Assembly: GCA_021799555.1 (NCBI GenBank)
Contig: JAJZAG010000003.1
Span: forward strand, 1 to 38,726
Length of the DNA: 38,726 bases
DNA from: Deltaproteobacteria bacterium
GTDB taxonomy: Bacteria; Desulfobacterota; Binatia; Binatales; Binataceae
Direction: 5' to 3'
A program made the position numbers and the translations under genes. Every line of letters starts with the position of its first letter. The first letter of the stretch is position 1. The notes beneath the pieces were generated by a model. That model saw nothing but the letters and a program-made list of their open reading frames with translations. It made no database searches and was not told where the DNA came from. This document shows, in pieces, positions 19,635 to 30,636 of this stretch.

Positions 19635-20647
19635 CTCATTTCCCCTCGGAATGATTTTCGCGGTGGCGCCTTTGCCGCCGGATAGCGGTTCGCGAGCCAA
19701 ATGAGGAAAACGAAAAATCCAATCAGCGAGACGAAAAACAGCACGAATCCCGCGCTGCGTCGGATCTTCTGCGCGCGCAGACTGCGCGGCTTCAGGAGCT
19801 CGGCGCGCCCGCGCGGCACCACCCGCGAGGGTTCGCGCAGATCGGCAAGCATCTCGGCTGCACTCGCGTAGCGGTTTTTTGGCGACCGCTCGATCGCGTG
19901 CAGGATGATTTCCTCAAGCTTGGGATCAAGATCCTTTACGAACTCGGTCGGCGGATGCGGATCCTCGTTGGTTTTTGCCCGCATCATGCTGTAAACATTG
20001 CTTCCGGCGTAAGGCAGATTCCCCGCCAGCATCTCATAGAGCATCACGCCAAGCGCGTAGATATCGGTGCGCGCGTCGCCACGTCGTCCGCTGACCTGCT
20101 CCGGCGCCATATAGTCGGGGGTGCCGATCGTCGAGGAGAGCCCCGACCACGTGAGGCGCCGCGCCGATTCGTCGAGTGCGATTCCAAAGTCCATGATTTT
20201 GACTGTGCCGTCGGCGGTGACGAGAATATTTTCCGGCTTGAGATCGCGATGCACGACGCCGTGGCCGTGCATGTAAACCAATGCTTCGCAAATCTGTATC
20301 GCGTACCCGAGCGCCTTGCCCGGCGGCATCGGGCGCTCGCGGCGCATCAACTCGCGCATCGACGTGCCATCCACGAACTCCATCGCGATATACATCCGGC
20401 TTTTGTGCACCGGAGTGAGGACCTTGATGATATTGCGATGGTCAAGGCGTCGAACGACCTCTTCCTCGCGCTGGAAGCGGCCGTAAAAGATCACGTCACT
20501 CTCGAATTGCAGGTAAGGAACTTTGATCGCGACGGTCTGACCGGTGACGAGATCAACTCCCTTGAATATCGACGCCATCCCGCTGCGCGCGATCACCTCG
20601 GTAAGCTTGTACTGATCGAGGGTTTCGCCGACGCTGACCTCGCGCAT
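19631..20647 (-). CDS. Hanks-type Ser/Thr protein kinase, C-terminally membrane anchored
   Basis: VAIK lysine, HRDLKPENIL, DFGIA and GTPDYMAPEQ motifs. There is a single TM segment (FVLFFVSLIGFFVFLIWLA) 19 aa from the C-terminus. The glycine loop is degenerate (IARSGMAS). Confidence 0.9.
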   Translation of the reverse strand: MREVSVGETLDQYKLTEVIARSGMASIFKGVDLVTGQTVAIKVPYLQFESDVIFYGRFQREEEVVRRLDHRNIIKVLTPVHKSRMYIAMEFVDGTSMRELMRRERPMPPGKALGYAIQICEALVYMHGHGVVHRDLKPENILVTADGTVKIMDFGIALDESARRLTWSGLSSTIGTPDYMAPEQVSGRRGDARTDIYALGVMLYEMLAGNLPYAGSNVYSMMRAKTNEDPHPPTEFVKDLDPKLEEIILHAIERSPKNRYASAAEMLADLREPSRVVPRGRAELLKPRSLRAQKIRRSAGFVLFFVSLIGFFVFLIWLANRYPAAKAPPRKSFRGEMR

Positions 20648-20762
20648 GGATCTTATGCCTGGCTGACGGACGGTCTGGCCGCGAAAGTTACCACGCCATG
20701 AAAGCCCAAACCAGCCAGAGATTCAGCACATCTAACGAATGCGGCATATCTCGAATCCCACT

Positions 20763-21677
20763 CTATCCGCGGCATCCGAGAATGCGGCCAAGCCTTGCCC
20801 GCCATCCTGCTGGCATAGGACGCAATCCCGTATCGGCTATCATCGTGAAGACCGCAACGGTTAGATTGTCGGCGGTGCCGCGTTCATTGGCAGTTTCGAT
20901 CAGGATGCGACATGCGTCTTTTGCGTCGCGATCTCGGCTCAAATGTTCCAGCTCGCTGTCGCTCAGCACGCCGTGTAGACCGTCGCTGCACAGAATCAGG
21001 CGGTCGCCGCGCACCAGTGGCATCGAGATTCTATCCACCGAAACGATCAGTTCCTGCCCGATGCTCCGCACCAGCATCGAGCGTTCAGGATGATTGCGCG
21101 CGCGCTCGGCGCTGAGCAGCCCCATCCGGACTCTTTCCGCAACCATCGTGTGATCCTTGGTGAGCTGCGTGATTTTGTGATGCCGCGCCAGATATAGCCG
21201 GCAATCGCCTACATGCGCCGCGGCCAGCATCCCCTTCTCGATCGCGACGGCGGTCAGCGTCGTCCCCATCCTGCGCAGTTCGGGCACGGCAAGCGCGCGA
21301 TTGTGAATTTCGATATTGGCATATTGAACGGCGCGCACGAGGCGTTTTGCTGCCCCCCACGACGAGGGGCTTTCACGCCATGCCTCGAGCGTCAGCTCGA
21401 TCGCCATCGCGCTTGCGACTTCGCCGCCCTCATAGCCACCGATTCCGTCGGCGATCGCGAACACCACCGTGTCGGGGGAATCGATCAGGTGACCGCAGGA
21501 GTCCTCGTTGTCGGGACGATTGGTTCCGACATCCGACAGCACCGCCAGATCGAAATTGCCCGCGCAGGGTGCGGGCTCGGCAAATGGCGGCTTGTGTTCA
21601 GCTTCAGACACTGGCGCCAATACTATCTCAATTCTTATAGACGGGTTGGGAGCGGACGACGCCTTGGCGGGCGCCAT
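20763..21677 (-). CDS. PP2C-family Ser/Thr protein phosphatase
   Basis: Motifs NEDS, ADGIGG, GTT, VGDCR, LTKDH, LILCSDGL and DNLTV appear in the canonical order. A Pro/Ala-rich N-terminal leader of about 40 aa precedes them. Confidence 0.9.
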   Translation of the reverse strand: MAPAKASSAPNPSIRIEIVLAPVSEAEHKPPFAEPAPCAGNFDLAVLSDVGTNRPDNEDSCGHLIDSPDTVVFAIADGIGGYEGGEVASAMAIELTLEAWRESPSSWGAAKRLVRAVQYANIEIHNRALAVPELRRMGTTLTAVAIEKGMLAAAHVGDCRLYLARHHKITQLTKDHTMVAERVRMGLLSAERARNHPERSMLVRSIGQELIVSVDRISMPLVRGDRLILCSDGLHGVLSDSELEHLSRDRDAKDACRILIETANERGTADNLTVAVFTMIADTGLRPMPAGWRARLGRILGCRG

Positions 21678-21709
21678 CCGCTCCCCGTGGTTACGACCGG
21701 CGTGGCTCG

Positions 21710-23383
21710 TTACGCCGGCTTGGCGACCAGGATTGTGGATTTCCCTTTCTTCTTGGAATTGCGCACGAAGTAAATTGCTCCGTAGATACCCCAGATTGCC
21801 GAGATCGCTACGGCGATTAGAGGTTCCTTGACGCTACCCAATCCTTCCAGAGGTCCGATTATATAGAAGGCAAGGCACGCGAAGTTGGCGATTGCCCCGA
21901 ACACCGGGATTACCACGTGTTTAAAGCCGTGGAAGGATTCGTGCTCGCGGAAGGCGACAATGCATACGATGTTCGTCAAACCGTAGAGCAGGAAGGTCCC
22001 GAAGTTAGAAGTGAGCGTCACCAGGAGCAATCCATTCGGTAATGCCGACAAGCTTGCGTTCGAGCTCATCCCGATCGCGTACCAGAGATTGTGCGGTAGA
22101 GTTGCGATCGTCTTGTCATCGGGAGCAGAGCCGCCGGCGAAGTAGAAAAGCGCCGCGTATGCCCCAAGGACTGCGGAGATCGCCGCCAGCGTCCAGATAG
22201 CGCGATGCGGTGTGAGATTCTTGCCGTGCAGCAGGCCGAAGTGTTCCGGAACTTCCTCGTCGCGCCCCATTGCATAGGTCACGCGTGCTCCAGTGTTTAT
22301 ACAGCTAAGCGTGGTGCCGATCAGCGCTAGGAAGACCGTCAACGCCTCGACTAGCATGAACGCCTGGCCGTGCCCGCCCAGCAGCGCCGAGCCGACCAAA
22401 ACCATCATATCGCCGATTGGAGCAGCGGAGCCTTTTGCGATGGCAAGGCTGTAGGCGCTGCTCATGAAGTAGTTGGCCGCAAAGTACTCGATCATGTAGC
22501 AGAACAGCCCCTGAATCGTCAGCGAGAGCAGAACGCCGCGCGGAATATCTTTAGTCGGGTTCTTTGCTTCTTCGCCCAGGGACGTCACCGACTCGAATCC
22601 GACCAGCAGCAGAATCGCGACCGTTGCTTGCAGCATTACCCATGAGAAGTGATGCGGCATAATGACCGACAGCGCGCTCGGATGTGCCGGATTGTCGCCG
22701 CCGAACGCGTATTTGAGTGTCGCACTGACCACGTTGCCGTTGGCGTCGAGAGCGAGACCCGTTGAACCGGCAGGATGCGACAGGCGGTAGGCGACCGCGA
22801 GCGCTGAAAAGAACAGCAGCGCGACAATCTGGATTCCATTTATGGCGATATTGACCATCGTCGATCCGTTGACGCCTTGGAACGCGATCCATGCGACCGC
22901 GAAGGCGAATATCACGGCGATTAACGCCATGAAGACCGGCCCGGGAATTCCGGCGTTAATCGTATTCGGCGCGATATTGCCCACGATGTACCCGATCATG
23001 ATTCCCATCGTCGCGACCATCACTCCAGGATACATCCAGTAATACAGATGCGAGGCCCAGCCGATTACAAACTTTGCGATCCGGGAAAATTTGTAGGCAC
23101 TCGTAGTGTTCAGGAACGCCTGTTCCGCGAACAGATATGAGCTGCCCGCACCCGGATAAAGCTTGGCCAGTTCTGAGTACGAAACCGCCGTCGCATAAGC
23201 GAGCATCAGCGCGACGAAGATGCCCGCCCACATTGCCATCCCCGACGGGAACGCATAACCGGCTTGTTGGACGAACGTGATCCACAGGAAGGCGCCGGGT
23301 GCGATCAGCGCCATGGCGTTGACCGTTACTCCGGTCAAGCCAAGTGTCGCCTGCATCTTGGGTGCTTCGTTTGACTCTGCCAT
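21710..23383 (-). CDS. APC-superfamily permease (amino acid/polyamine/organocation type), substrate unknown
   Basis: About 557 aa and highly hydrophobic, with 12 or more predicted TM helices. The ATG at 23383 has the SD GAAGGAGGAG 5-6 nt upstream. GTG at 23407 is an alternative start. Confidence 0.85.
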   Translation of the reverse strand: MAESNEAPKMQATLGLTGVTVNAMALIAPGAFLWITFVQQAGYAFPSGMAMWAGIFVALMLAYATAVSYSELAKLYPGAGSSYLFAEQAFLNTTSAYKFSRIAKFVIGWASHLYYWMYPGVMVATMGIMIGYIVGNIAPNTINAGIPGPVFMALIAVIFAFAVAWIAFQGVNGSTMVNIAINGIQIVALLFFSALAVAYRLSHPAGSTGLALDANGNVVSATLKYAFGGDNPAHPSALSVIMPHHFSWVMLQATVAILLLVGFESVTSLGEEAKNPTKDIPRGVLLSLTIQGLFCYMIEYFAANYFMSSAYSLAIAKGSAAPIGDMMVLVGSALLGGHGQAFMLVEALTVFLALIGTTLSCINTGARVTYAMGRDEEVPEHFGLLHGKNLTPHRAIWTLAAISAVLGAYAALFYFAGGSAPDDKTIATLPHNLWYAIGMSSNASLSALPNGLLLVTLTSNFGTFLLYGLTNIVCIVAFREHESFHGFKHVVIPVFGAIANFACLAFYIIGPLEGLGSVKEPLIAVAISAIWGIYGAIYFVRNSKKKGKSTILVAKPA

Positions 23384-23472
23384 CTCTCCTCCTTCGGCTT
23401 GCCCCACCAGTCTTGGCGGGTCGTAGCTCCCCGTGGCAATTCGATGCCGACGCGGGTCAACTGCGCACTAAG

Positions 23473-23488
23473 GGCAAGAGCGATGCCA
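23473..23488 (-). promoter_or_regulatory. Sigma54 (RpoN) -24/-12 promoter upstream of the permease-PP2C(-kinase-amt) genes
   Basis: The minus strand reads TGGCAT-CGCTC-TTGCC, which has the exact GG-N10-GC spacing of the TGGCAC-N5-TTGC consensus. It lies about 90 nt upstream of the permease ATG. Confidence 0.55.
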
Positions 23489-23739
23489 CCGATTTGAAAC
23501 GTAAATCCGATGCATTTTGCACGGCGGATGCTTATGCGATGAGCATCCGCCTGCCGCGCGGTCATCAGGAGCGGGATTTGTTCTCTAGTTGGTTCGCAGA
23601 CTTTTCCAGATCAGGTGGAGGATTCGGCGGAGTTTCGCGGTGGATAATCTTAACCCGCCTGAGCGACAATTTTCGCGCGTCCGCTAACAATCGCCCAATC
23701 TGGGATGCGGACCGCGCGCCGTTAATTTGGAGAGACTTC

Positions 23740-25810
<2,071 letters not shown>

Positions 25811-26063
25811 TCCTTTGCCTCACTTCCGCCCTTACTGTGATCGGAGTGTATATCGTTCCGGGTCTCTTTTCCTGTGCGGTAAGCGGTCAGGCATTAGGTT
25901 TCGCCATCGTCATCCTCACCGTCGCCGGGCGATCTCTCCGTCGCTGCGCGACAGGTGATCAGCGATTGACGATTGAGCATTTTGTATGCGCAGGGGCGGT
26001 CGCCGCACGCTGCGAGAATCTCCACGCGCGCGTCGGCCGGCGCTTTCGCCGCACCGGCGCTGT

Positions 26064-27308
26064 TCAGTTGCTCAGCACGATTCCATATGGGCCCGGGTTC
26101 GAGGCCGTGTCGGACTTGATGTCATTAACGGAGGGACAGATCCCGCCGGTGGTGCACAGGGTTGAACTAACGGGATACTGGCTGATCGTCCCGTCCTGGA
26201 TATTGGTCGAATATGCGAACTGCGTCTGCGGATCGACGACGATGCTCACCGGCCCGTTGACTGGGTTCACAGTGTTAACCGTCAGCAGCGTATTGCCGCT
26301 TACCGTGTAGGAAGTGATAGAACCCGTTCCCAGCGCGCCGGTGCCGTTATTGGCCGACAGCGCGATGCTGGTTCCCACCCATGCGGTTCCGATCGCTGCC
26401 TGGCTGGCGGGTGTGCCAGGCGTAAATCCAGTCAGGGCTCCGGTGCCGGTGCTCGGGGCGAAGAACAACGAGAGCAATGTGGTGTTGGGATTGGAATCTC
26501 CTGCAAGTAGAAGAGCGCCAGTGCCGCTGACAGTGGTAAACACTGGACTAAGCGCCAGGCCGGCAGGGTTTCCTCCGTACGATCCCTGGCTGTTAATCGG
26601 CGACAAGGGACTTAGATTCGACAATGCTCCCGTCTTTGAGTTGAAACCCAGAGAGTAGATCAGACCCGCCGCATTATCGGACACGTACAGGACCGTTCCC
26701 GTCGAGTTTATCGCCATCCCGAACGGAGCACGGAACCCGGTCGCCGTCACCGCACTGCCGAGCGGCCCCGCCGGCTGGATCGGGTATGCGCTCACAGTTC
26801 CGTTGCCGGAATTCGTAACAAACAACCACTGCGGCGTTCCCGACGACGTCGATAACGTCAGCACTTGGATCGGCGCAGTCTTGGGACCATTCGGAACCGA
26901 CGGCGGCGTCATCGGGGTGAGCGTGCCGTCCGAGGCTACGGTGTATTGATAGATATTGCCGTCCTGCGAATTGCACGCGTAAAGGAACTGATTGTTTTGC
27001 GTGATCGCGATTCCGAGCGGACCGCCGCCGCTGCCCGTGGCTCCGGCCGCGATCCGGGTGTTGTACTTGAGTATCCCGGTCGTGATGTTGCGCTTGAACT
27101 CGCTGATATAGCCGCTGTTGCGATTGGTGACGAAGGCGTATCCGCCATTGGTCGCGGTCGAGGTCGAAGTTGGCGAAGCCGAACCGGAACTTGAAGACGT
27201 GGCCGAGTAGAGACCTTTGCCGCACGACACGACGCCGAGAGCGCCAGCCAGTAATAAGATTGGGGGCAGAAACGCGAGCGACCTCGCCAGATATCGCAAA
27301 ATTGACAC
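26064..27308 (-). CDS. Lipoprotein with lactonase/YVTN-type beta-propeller repeats
   Basis: Signal peptide plus lipobox (LLAGALGVVSCG) and a Ser/Thr-rich linker. Blade motifs recur: YAFVTNRNSGYISEF, FLYACNSQDGNIYQY, WLFVTNSGNGTVSAY, VLYVSDNAAGLIYSL and FAYSTNIQDGTISQY. Confidence 0.8.
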   Translation of the reverse strand: MSILRYLARSLAFLPPILLLAGALGVVSCGKGLYSATSSSSGSASPTSTSTATNGGYAFVTNRNSGYISEFKRNITTGILKYNTRIAAGATGSGGGPLGIAITQNNQFLYACNSQDGNIYQYTVASDGTLTPMTPPSVPNGPKTAPIQVLTLSTSSGTPQWLFVTNSGNGTVSAYPIQPAGPLGSAVTATGFRAPFGMAINSTGTVLYVSDNAAGLIYSLGFNSKTGALSNLSPLSPINSQGSYGGNPAGLALSPVFTTVSGTGALLLAGDSNPNTTLLSLFFAPSTGTGALTGFTPGTPASQAAIGTAWVGTSIALSANNGTGALGTGSITSYTVSGNTLLTVNTVNPVNGPVSIVVDPQTQFAYSTNIQDGTISQYPVSSTLCTTGGICPSVNDIKSDTASNPGPYGIVLSN

Positions 27309-27416
27309 GGATATTCCTCTGTCAGCACCCGCTTCGGGGCAAGTCTACATGCAAACGCGAATCGCCCGACATTTGCAACCCCCGCGAAGTCGCGCATTGC
27401 TTGCGAAGCCAAACGC

Positions 27417-28723
27417 CTAGGCGAAATTAACAGCCGCACTGCGTCGCCTGATCGAGGACGGTTTGCGTGTACTTGAGCACCGGCGAAACCCGCCAGGCTC
27501 AAGGCCGCTGCTGATCATGCTGGGATCCCTGATCGTCGAGTCGTGATCGCCCCAACGCTCGAAGACGGTGCCGGGCGCCGGTGTCGGCGTTCGAGACGGT
27601 GTCGGTGTCGCGCTCACGATCCCCGTTACAGTTGGTGGCGGCCATGGGCGCGGCCCGGTAAACGCGGCGCCGCTATAGAGAAAATTTTGGTTACCCAAGT
27701 ATCCGGGTTCGCCTCCGGCCTGAAATCCGTGCCACGCCTTCCAATTCAATTTCGGCGGAAGATACGGGGAAACCCCGGGTAGTATCAAATATGTCGAGGT
27801 CCTGATCGGCCGTGATCCGCGTTTAAATATTGAAAGCACCTCCGGAGCCGCTCGCAACGTGGATGCTCTCCCGGGTCTGATCCGGCAGGTCGCCGATCAA
27901 GTAGAGATTCTGCGCGTCCGATTATTGTGCAGCGGTGAACGATGCCAGTAAGTAGTAAAGACCGTTTGCAGGGATGGAGCACGATCTGAGTATCGGTGAG
28001 AATCGGGTGATAGCTGCTACTCGCAATCGAGCAGGCAGGGTCTGCCCATTGGCGCCCGGTTTCCCGCTCCAAAACTGGTAGAGCGATTCGGGGCCGCCGC
28101 CTTGTATGTTTCCCGATTTGTCGAAAACCCAAAGGCCTTGGTTCAACATCTCGACGTTTTCCAGCGATGAAACATCAGCCGCTACGTCGAGCGGCGCGGT
28201 CGCCGGAACGACGTTTTGGGCAGGCGAGGGCTGCGTGCACCCTGACCCGCCGCCTGGGAACGATTGCCCCTGAACAACGGGACTAGGATCGCTCGGAGCT
28301 TGAGACTGCGGGGAAGGCGTGCCGGGCGGTGGCGGGGGGGGATTGCAACTGCGGCACGGGCGAAATTGCGGGGGGAACCGGACCGTGCGGAACGTCGGGC
28401 GGTCTGAAACCTAGCGATAGATTTGCGCAATCGATGAAATCTCGGCGACTATAGCTGGGCGCGGGGAGATTTTTGCGCTGTGCCGGGCTCATATTGCCTC
28501 GGTGTTGCAGGTCAGCGAATATGTCGACGCAGTGCTGTCGCAGGGCGGTCCACTCGCCTTGAGTTCCCGGCCAATTCGATGGCTTCTGCTCCGGTATCCA
28601 AGTGAACGTGCCCGGCGGCAGCGGCGTTAGCGCGGCGACTGGCGTTTGCGCGCCAGCGAAGCCCGCAGTGAGCACCAATAAGGCAGTGGTCAGCCCGGCA
28701 GCTAGCCTTGTTCCGAATCGCAT
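27417..28723 (-). pseudogene. Secreted Pro/Thr-rich protein gene with a broken reading frame (pseudogene, phase-variable gene or assembly error)
   Basis: A good start at 28723 (SD GGTGGAGG) precedes the signal peptide MRFGTRLAAGLTTALLVLTAGFAGAQTP. The frame stops at 28283. A second frame is open across a C8 tract (28334-28341) and continues the Pro-rich sequence to 27922. Further protein-like sequence continues in shifted frames down to 27417. Confidence 0.4.
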
Positions 28724-28955
28724 GGGCCTCCACCCGGAAGAATTCTCACAATGATTGGCAAATGCCGCCTATCTGTTACTCCGATATCAACTCGTCGGAC
28801 AACACCCCTTCAGTGGTGGGGAGCGTTCGCGGGCGTCTGCGAGAAACCTTAGACGGTCGGCCTTGATGTGCGAGCGGCTCCGAGACGTTCTGGCTTTTGC
28901 CCAGATTCCTCGCCCCTCGCCGCGCTTGACTTTTGCGCGGACGCGGCGCGAAACG

Positions 28956-29465
28956 ATGCGTATGCGCTCTGCGCGATTTGTCATCCGGCGCGCCCGCGCG
29001 GGCGACGCGTCCGCGATCGCCGAGGTTTATATCGCCGCGCGGCGCGGCGCCGCGCGCTATTTTCCGACCGTTCACAGCGACGACGAGATTCGCGGATGGA
29101 TCACGTCGCACGTCGTCCCGAATCTCGAGGGGTGGGTCGCGGAAGGCACCGAACCAGATCCGGGAGCGATCATCGCGATGATGGCGCTCGACGGCGCGAT
29201 GCTCGAGCAACTCTACGTCGCACCCGCGTGGCAGGGTCGCGGAGTCGGTAACAGATTGCTCGCGCTCGCGATGCGCGAGCGGCCGGCGGGCTTGCGCCTG
29301 TGGACGTTTCAGGCGAACACACCGGCGCGGCGCTTCTATGAAGCGCGGGGTTTTCGCGCGGTTGAATTTACCGACGGCGCGCGCAATGAAGAGCGCGCGC
29401 CCGACGTGCTTTATGAATGTAAGGGAAAAGAGGAAACAATTAAAACAATCGACAGATTTCACTGA
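28956..29465 (+). CDS. GNAT-family N-acetyltransferase
   Basis: About 169 aa from MRMRSARFVIRRA. The acetyl-CoA motif is QLYVAPAWQGRGVGNRLLALA. The longer 28755 start adds an Arg-rich, non-GNAT leader. Confidence 0.85.
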   Translation: MRMRSARFVIRRARAGDASAIAEVYIAARRGAARYFPTVHSDDEIRGWITSHVVPNLEGWVAEGTEPDPGAIIAMMALDGAMLEQLYVAPAWQGRGVGNRLLALAMRERPAGLRLWTFQANTPARRFYEARGFRAVEFTDGARNEERAPDVLYECKGKEETIKTIDRFH

Positions 29466-29527
29466 TTGGCACGGATTTCAAAAGCGAAATCTTTTATCCG
29501 TGAAATCCGCGTAATCTGTGGATTCTC
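29453..29527. repeat. AATCYGYG-module repeat element (copy 2 of 3)
   Basis: The sequence is CAGATTTCACTGATTGGCACGGATTTCAAAAGCGAAATCTTTTATCCGTGAAATCCGCGTAATCTGTGGATTC. It contains short hairpins (CACGGAT/ATCCGTG and GATTTC/GAAATC) and shares modules with 274-391 and 30557-30632. Confidence 0.75.
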
Positions 29528-29572
29528 GTGTCTTTCAACACGGCTGAACGATTTCATGCGAGGAGAACGCTG

Positions 29573-30550
29573 ATGGCATCAATCGATTTCAAAAAAATTC
29601 CGCGCTTCAAAGACCTGCCGGTGAAGAAAGGCGCTCCCGCCGAATCATCGTGGGGCGTCTTCGGCGACGATGATGAATTCGGGTGCCTCAATTTCCTGAC
29701 GCCCGAGGGCGTCATCGAAGCTGCGCGCCTGGTGCAAAAGGGGCGCGTGTTCCGGCTCGATACTCCGATCAATTACGCCAAGCCCCCGCTTTTCAATCGT
29801 CAACCAGCCAAACATACGATCCTCAGCTTCGAGCAATACGGATTGCTCGGCCACGACGACTCGCTCGACAACTACAATACTCAGGAGGGCAGTCAGTGGG
29901 ATGGGCTGGCGCACATCGGCCATATCCGGCATCGCGCATTCTACAACGGCGTCAAAGACGACCAGGTTAAAGACGGTCCCGGCGGTAAACTGAGTATTCA
30001 CAAATGGGCAAATCGCGTCGTCGGACGCGGCGTGCTTATCGACGTGCGCAAATTCACGCAGGCTAAAGGCCGTCCACTCGATCCGCTTACTTCCGCGACT
30101 TACAAGGTCGCGGACTTGAAGGACGCGCTCGGCGCGCAGAACACCGATCTCAAGCCGGGATCGATCCTGCTGGTGCGCACAGGATGGCTCGGCGCGTATC
30201 TCGCCGCGTCGGCCGAGCAGAAGAAGGCGATGGCGCCGCTCGAAGCGCTCAAGTCGTGCGGAATCGAAGCGACGAGCGGATTTGCCGAATGGCTATGGGA
30301 TAATCGCGTCGCCGCGATTGGCACCGACTGTCCCGCGGTCGAGCAATGGCCGTGGGACTTCAAAGATGAAGGCGCACTGCACTATCGGGCGCTTTCGATG
30401 CTGGGGCTGCCGCTCGGCGAGCAGTTCGTGCTCGACGAGCTTGCGTCCGATTGCGCGGCTGATGGCCGCTACGAATTCATGGTCGTCTCGGCGCCGATGA
30501 ATCTCGAGGGCGGGATCGCGTCGCCGCCCAACGCGGTCGCGATCAAATAA
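29573..30550 (+). CDS. Cyclase-family protein (putative cyclase / kynurenine-formamidase-like fold)
   Basis: 325 aa from MASIDFKKIP. The region GSQWDGLAHIGH...FYNG and the C-terminal part (DNRVAAIGTDCPAVE) resemble the cyclase family. Confidence 0.8.
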   Translation: MASIDFKKIPRFKDLPVKKGAPAESSWGVFGDDDEFGCLNFLTPEGVIEAARLVQKGRVFRLDTPINYAKPPLFNRQPAKHTILSFEQYGLLGHDDSLDNYNTQEGSQWDGLAHIGHIRHRAFYNGVKDDQVKDGPGGKLSIHKWANRVVGRGVLIDVRKFTQAKGRPLDPLTSATYKVADLKDALGAQNTDLKPGSILLVRTGWLGAYLAASAEQKKAMAPLEALKSCGIEATSGFAEWLWDNRVAAIGTDCPAVEQWPWDFKDEGALHYRALSMLGLPLGEQFVLDELASDCAADGRYEFMVVSAPMNLEGGIASPPNAVAIK

Positions 30551-30556
30551 CAGAGC

Positions 30557-30632
30557 AACCGCGGATTACACAGATTTCACGGATAAATTATGTTTGTCTG
30601 GAAATCTGTGTAAATCGGTGAAATCCGCGGTT
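30557..30632. repeat. AATCYGYG-module hairpin element (copy 3 of 3)
   Basis: Two perfect 11-bp stems: 30557-30567 with 30622-30632, and 30568-30578 with 30601-30611. A 10-nt bulge interrupts them and the loop is 22 nt. The element sits between the convergent cyclase and pcp genes. Confidence 0.8.
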
Positions 30633-30636
30633 ACTC

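Noticed and set aside
25894-25980. 28-aa minus-strand ORF (MLNRQSLITCRAATERSPGDGEDDDGET) 83 nt upstream of the SagB-type gene, considered as a possible RiPP precursor.
   Set aside because: It has no Shine-Dalgarno sequence and no Cys/Ser/Thr-rich core expected for an azol(in)e peptide. No cyclodehydratase is nearby. It cannot be distinguished from a chance ORF.
29466-29484. A perfect sigma54 -24 box (TGGCACG) upstream of the cyclase gene.
   Set aside because: The -12 position reads TCAA instead of TTGC, so no GC sits at the required spacing. The match lies inside the repeat element.
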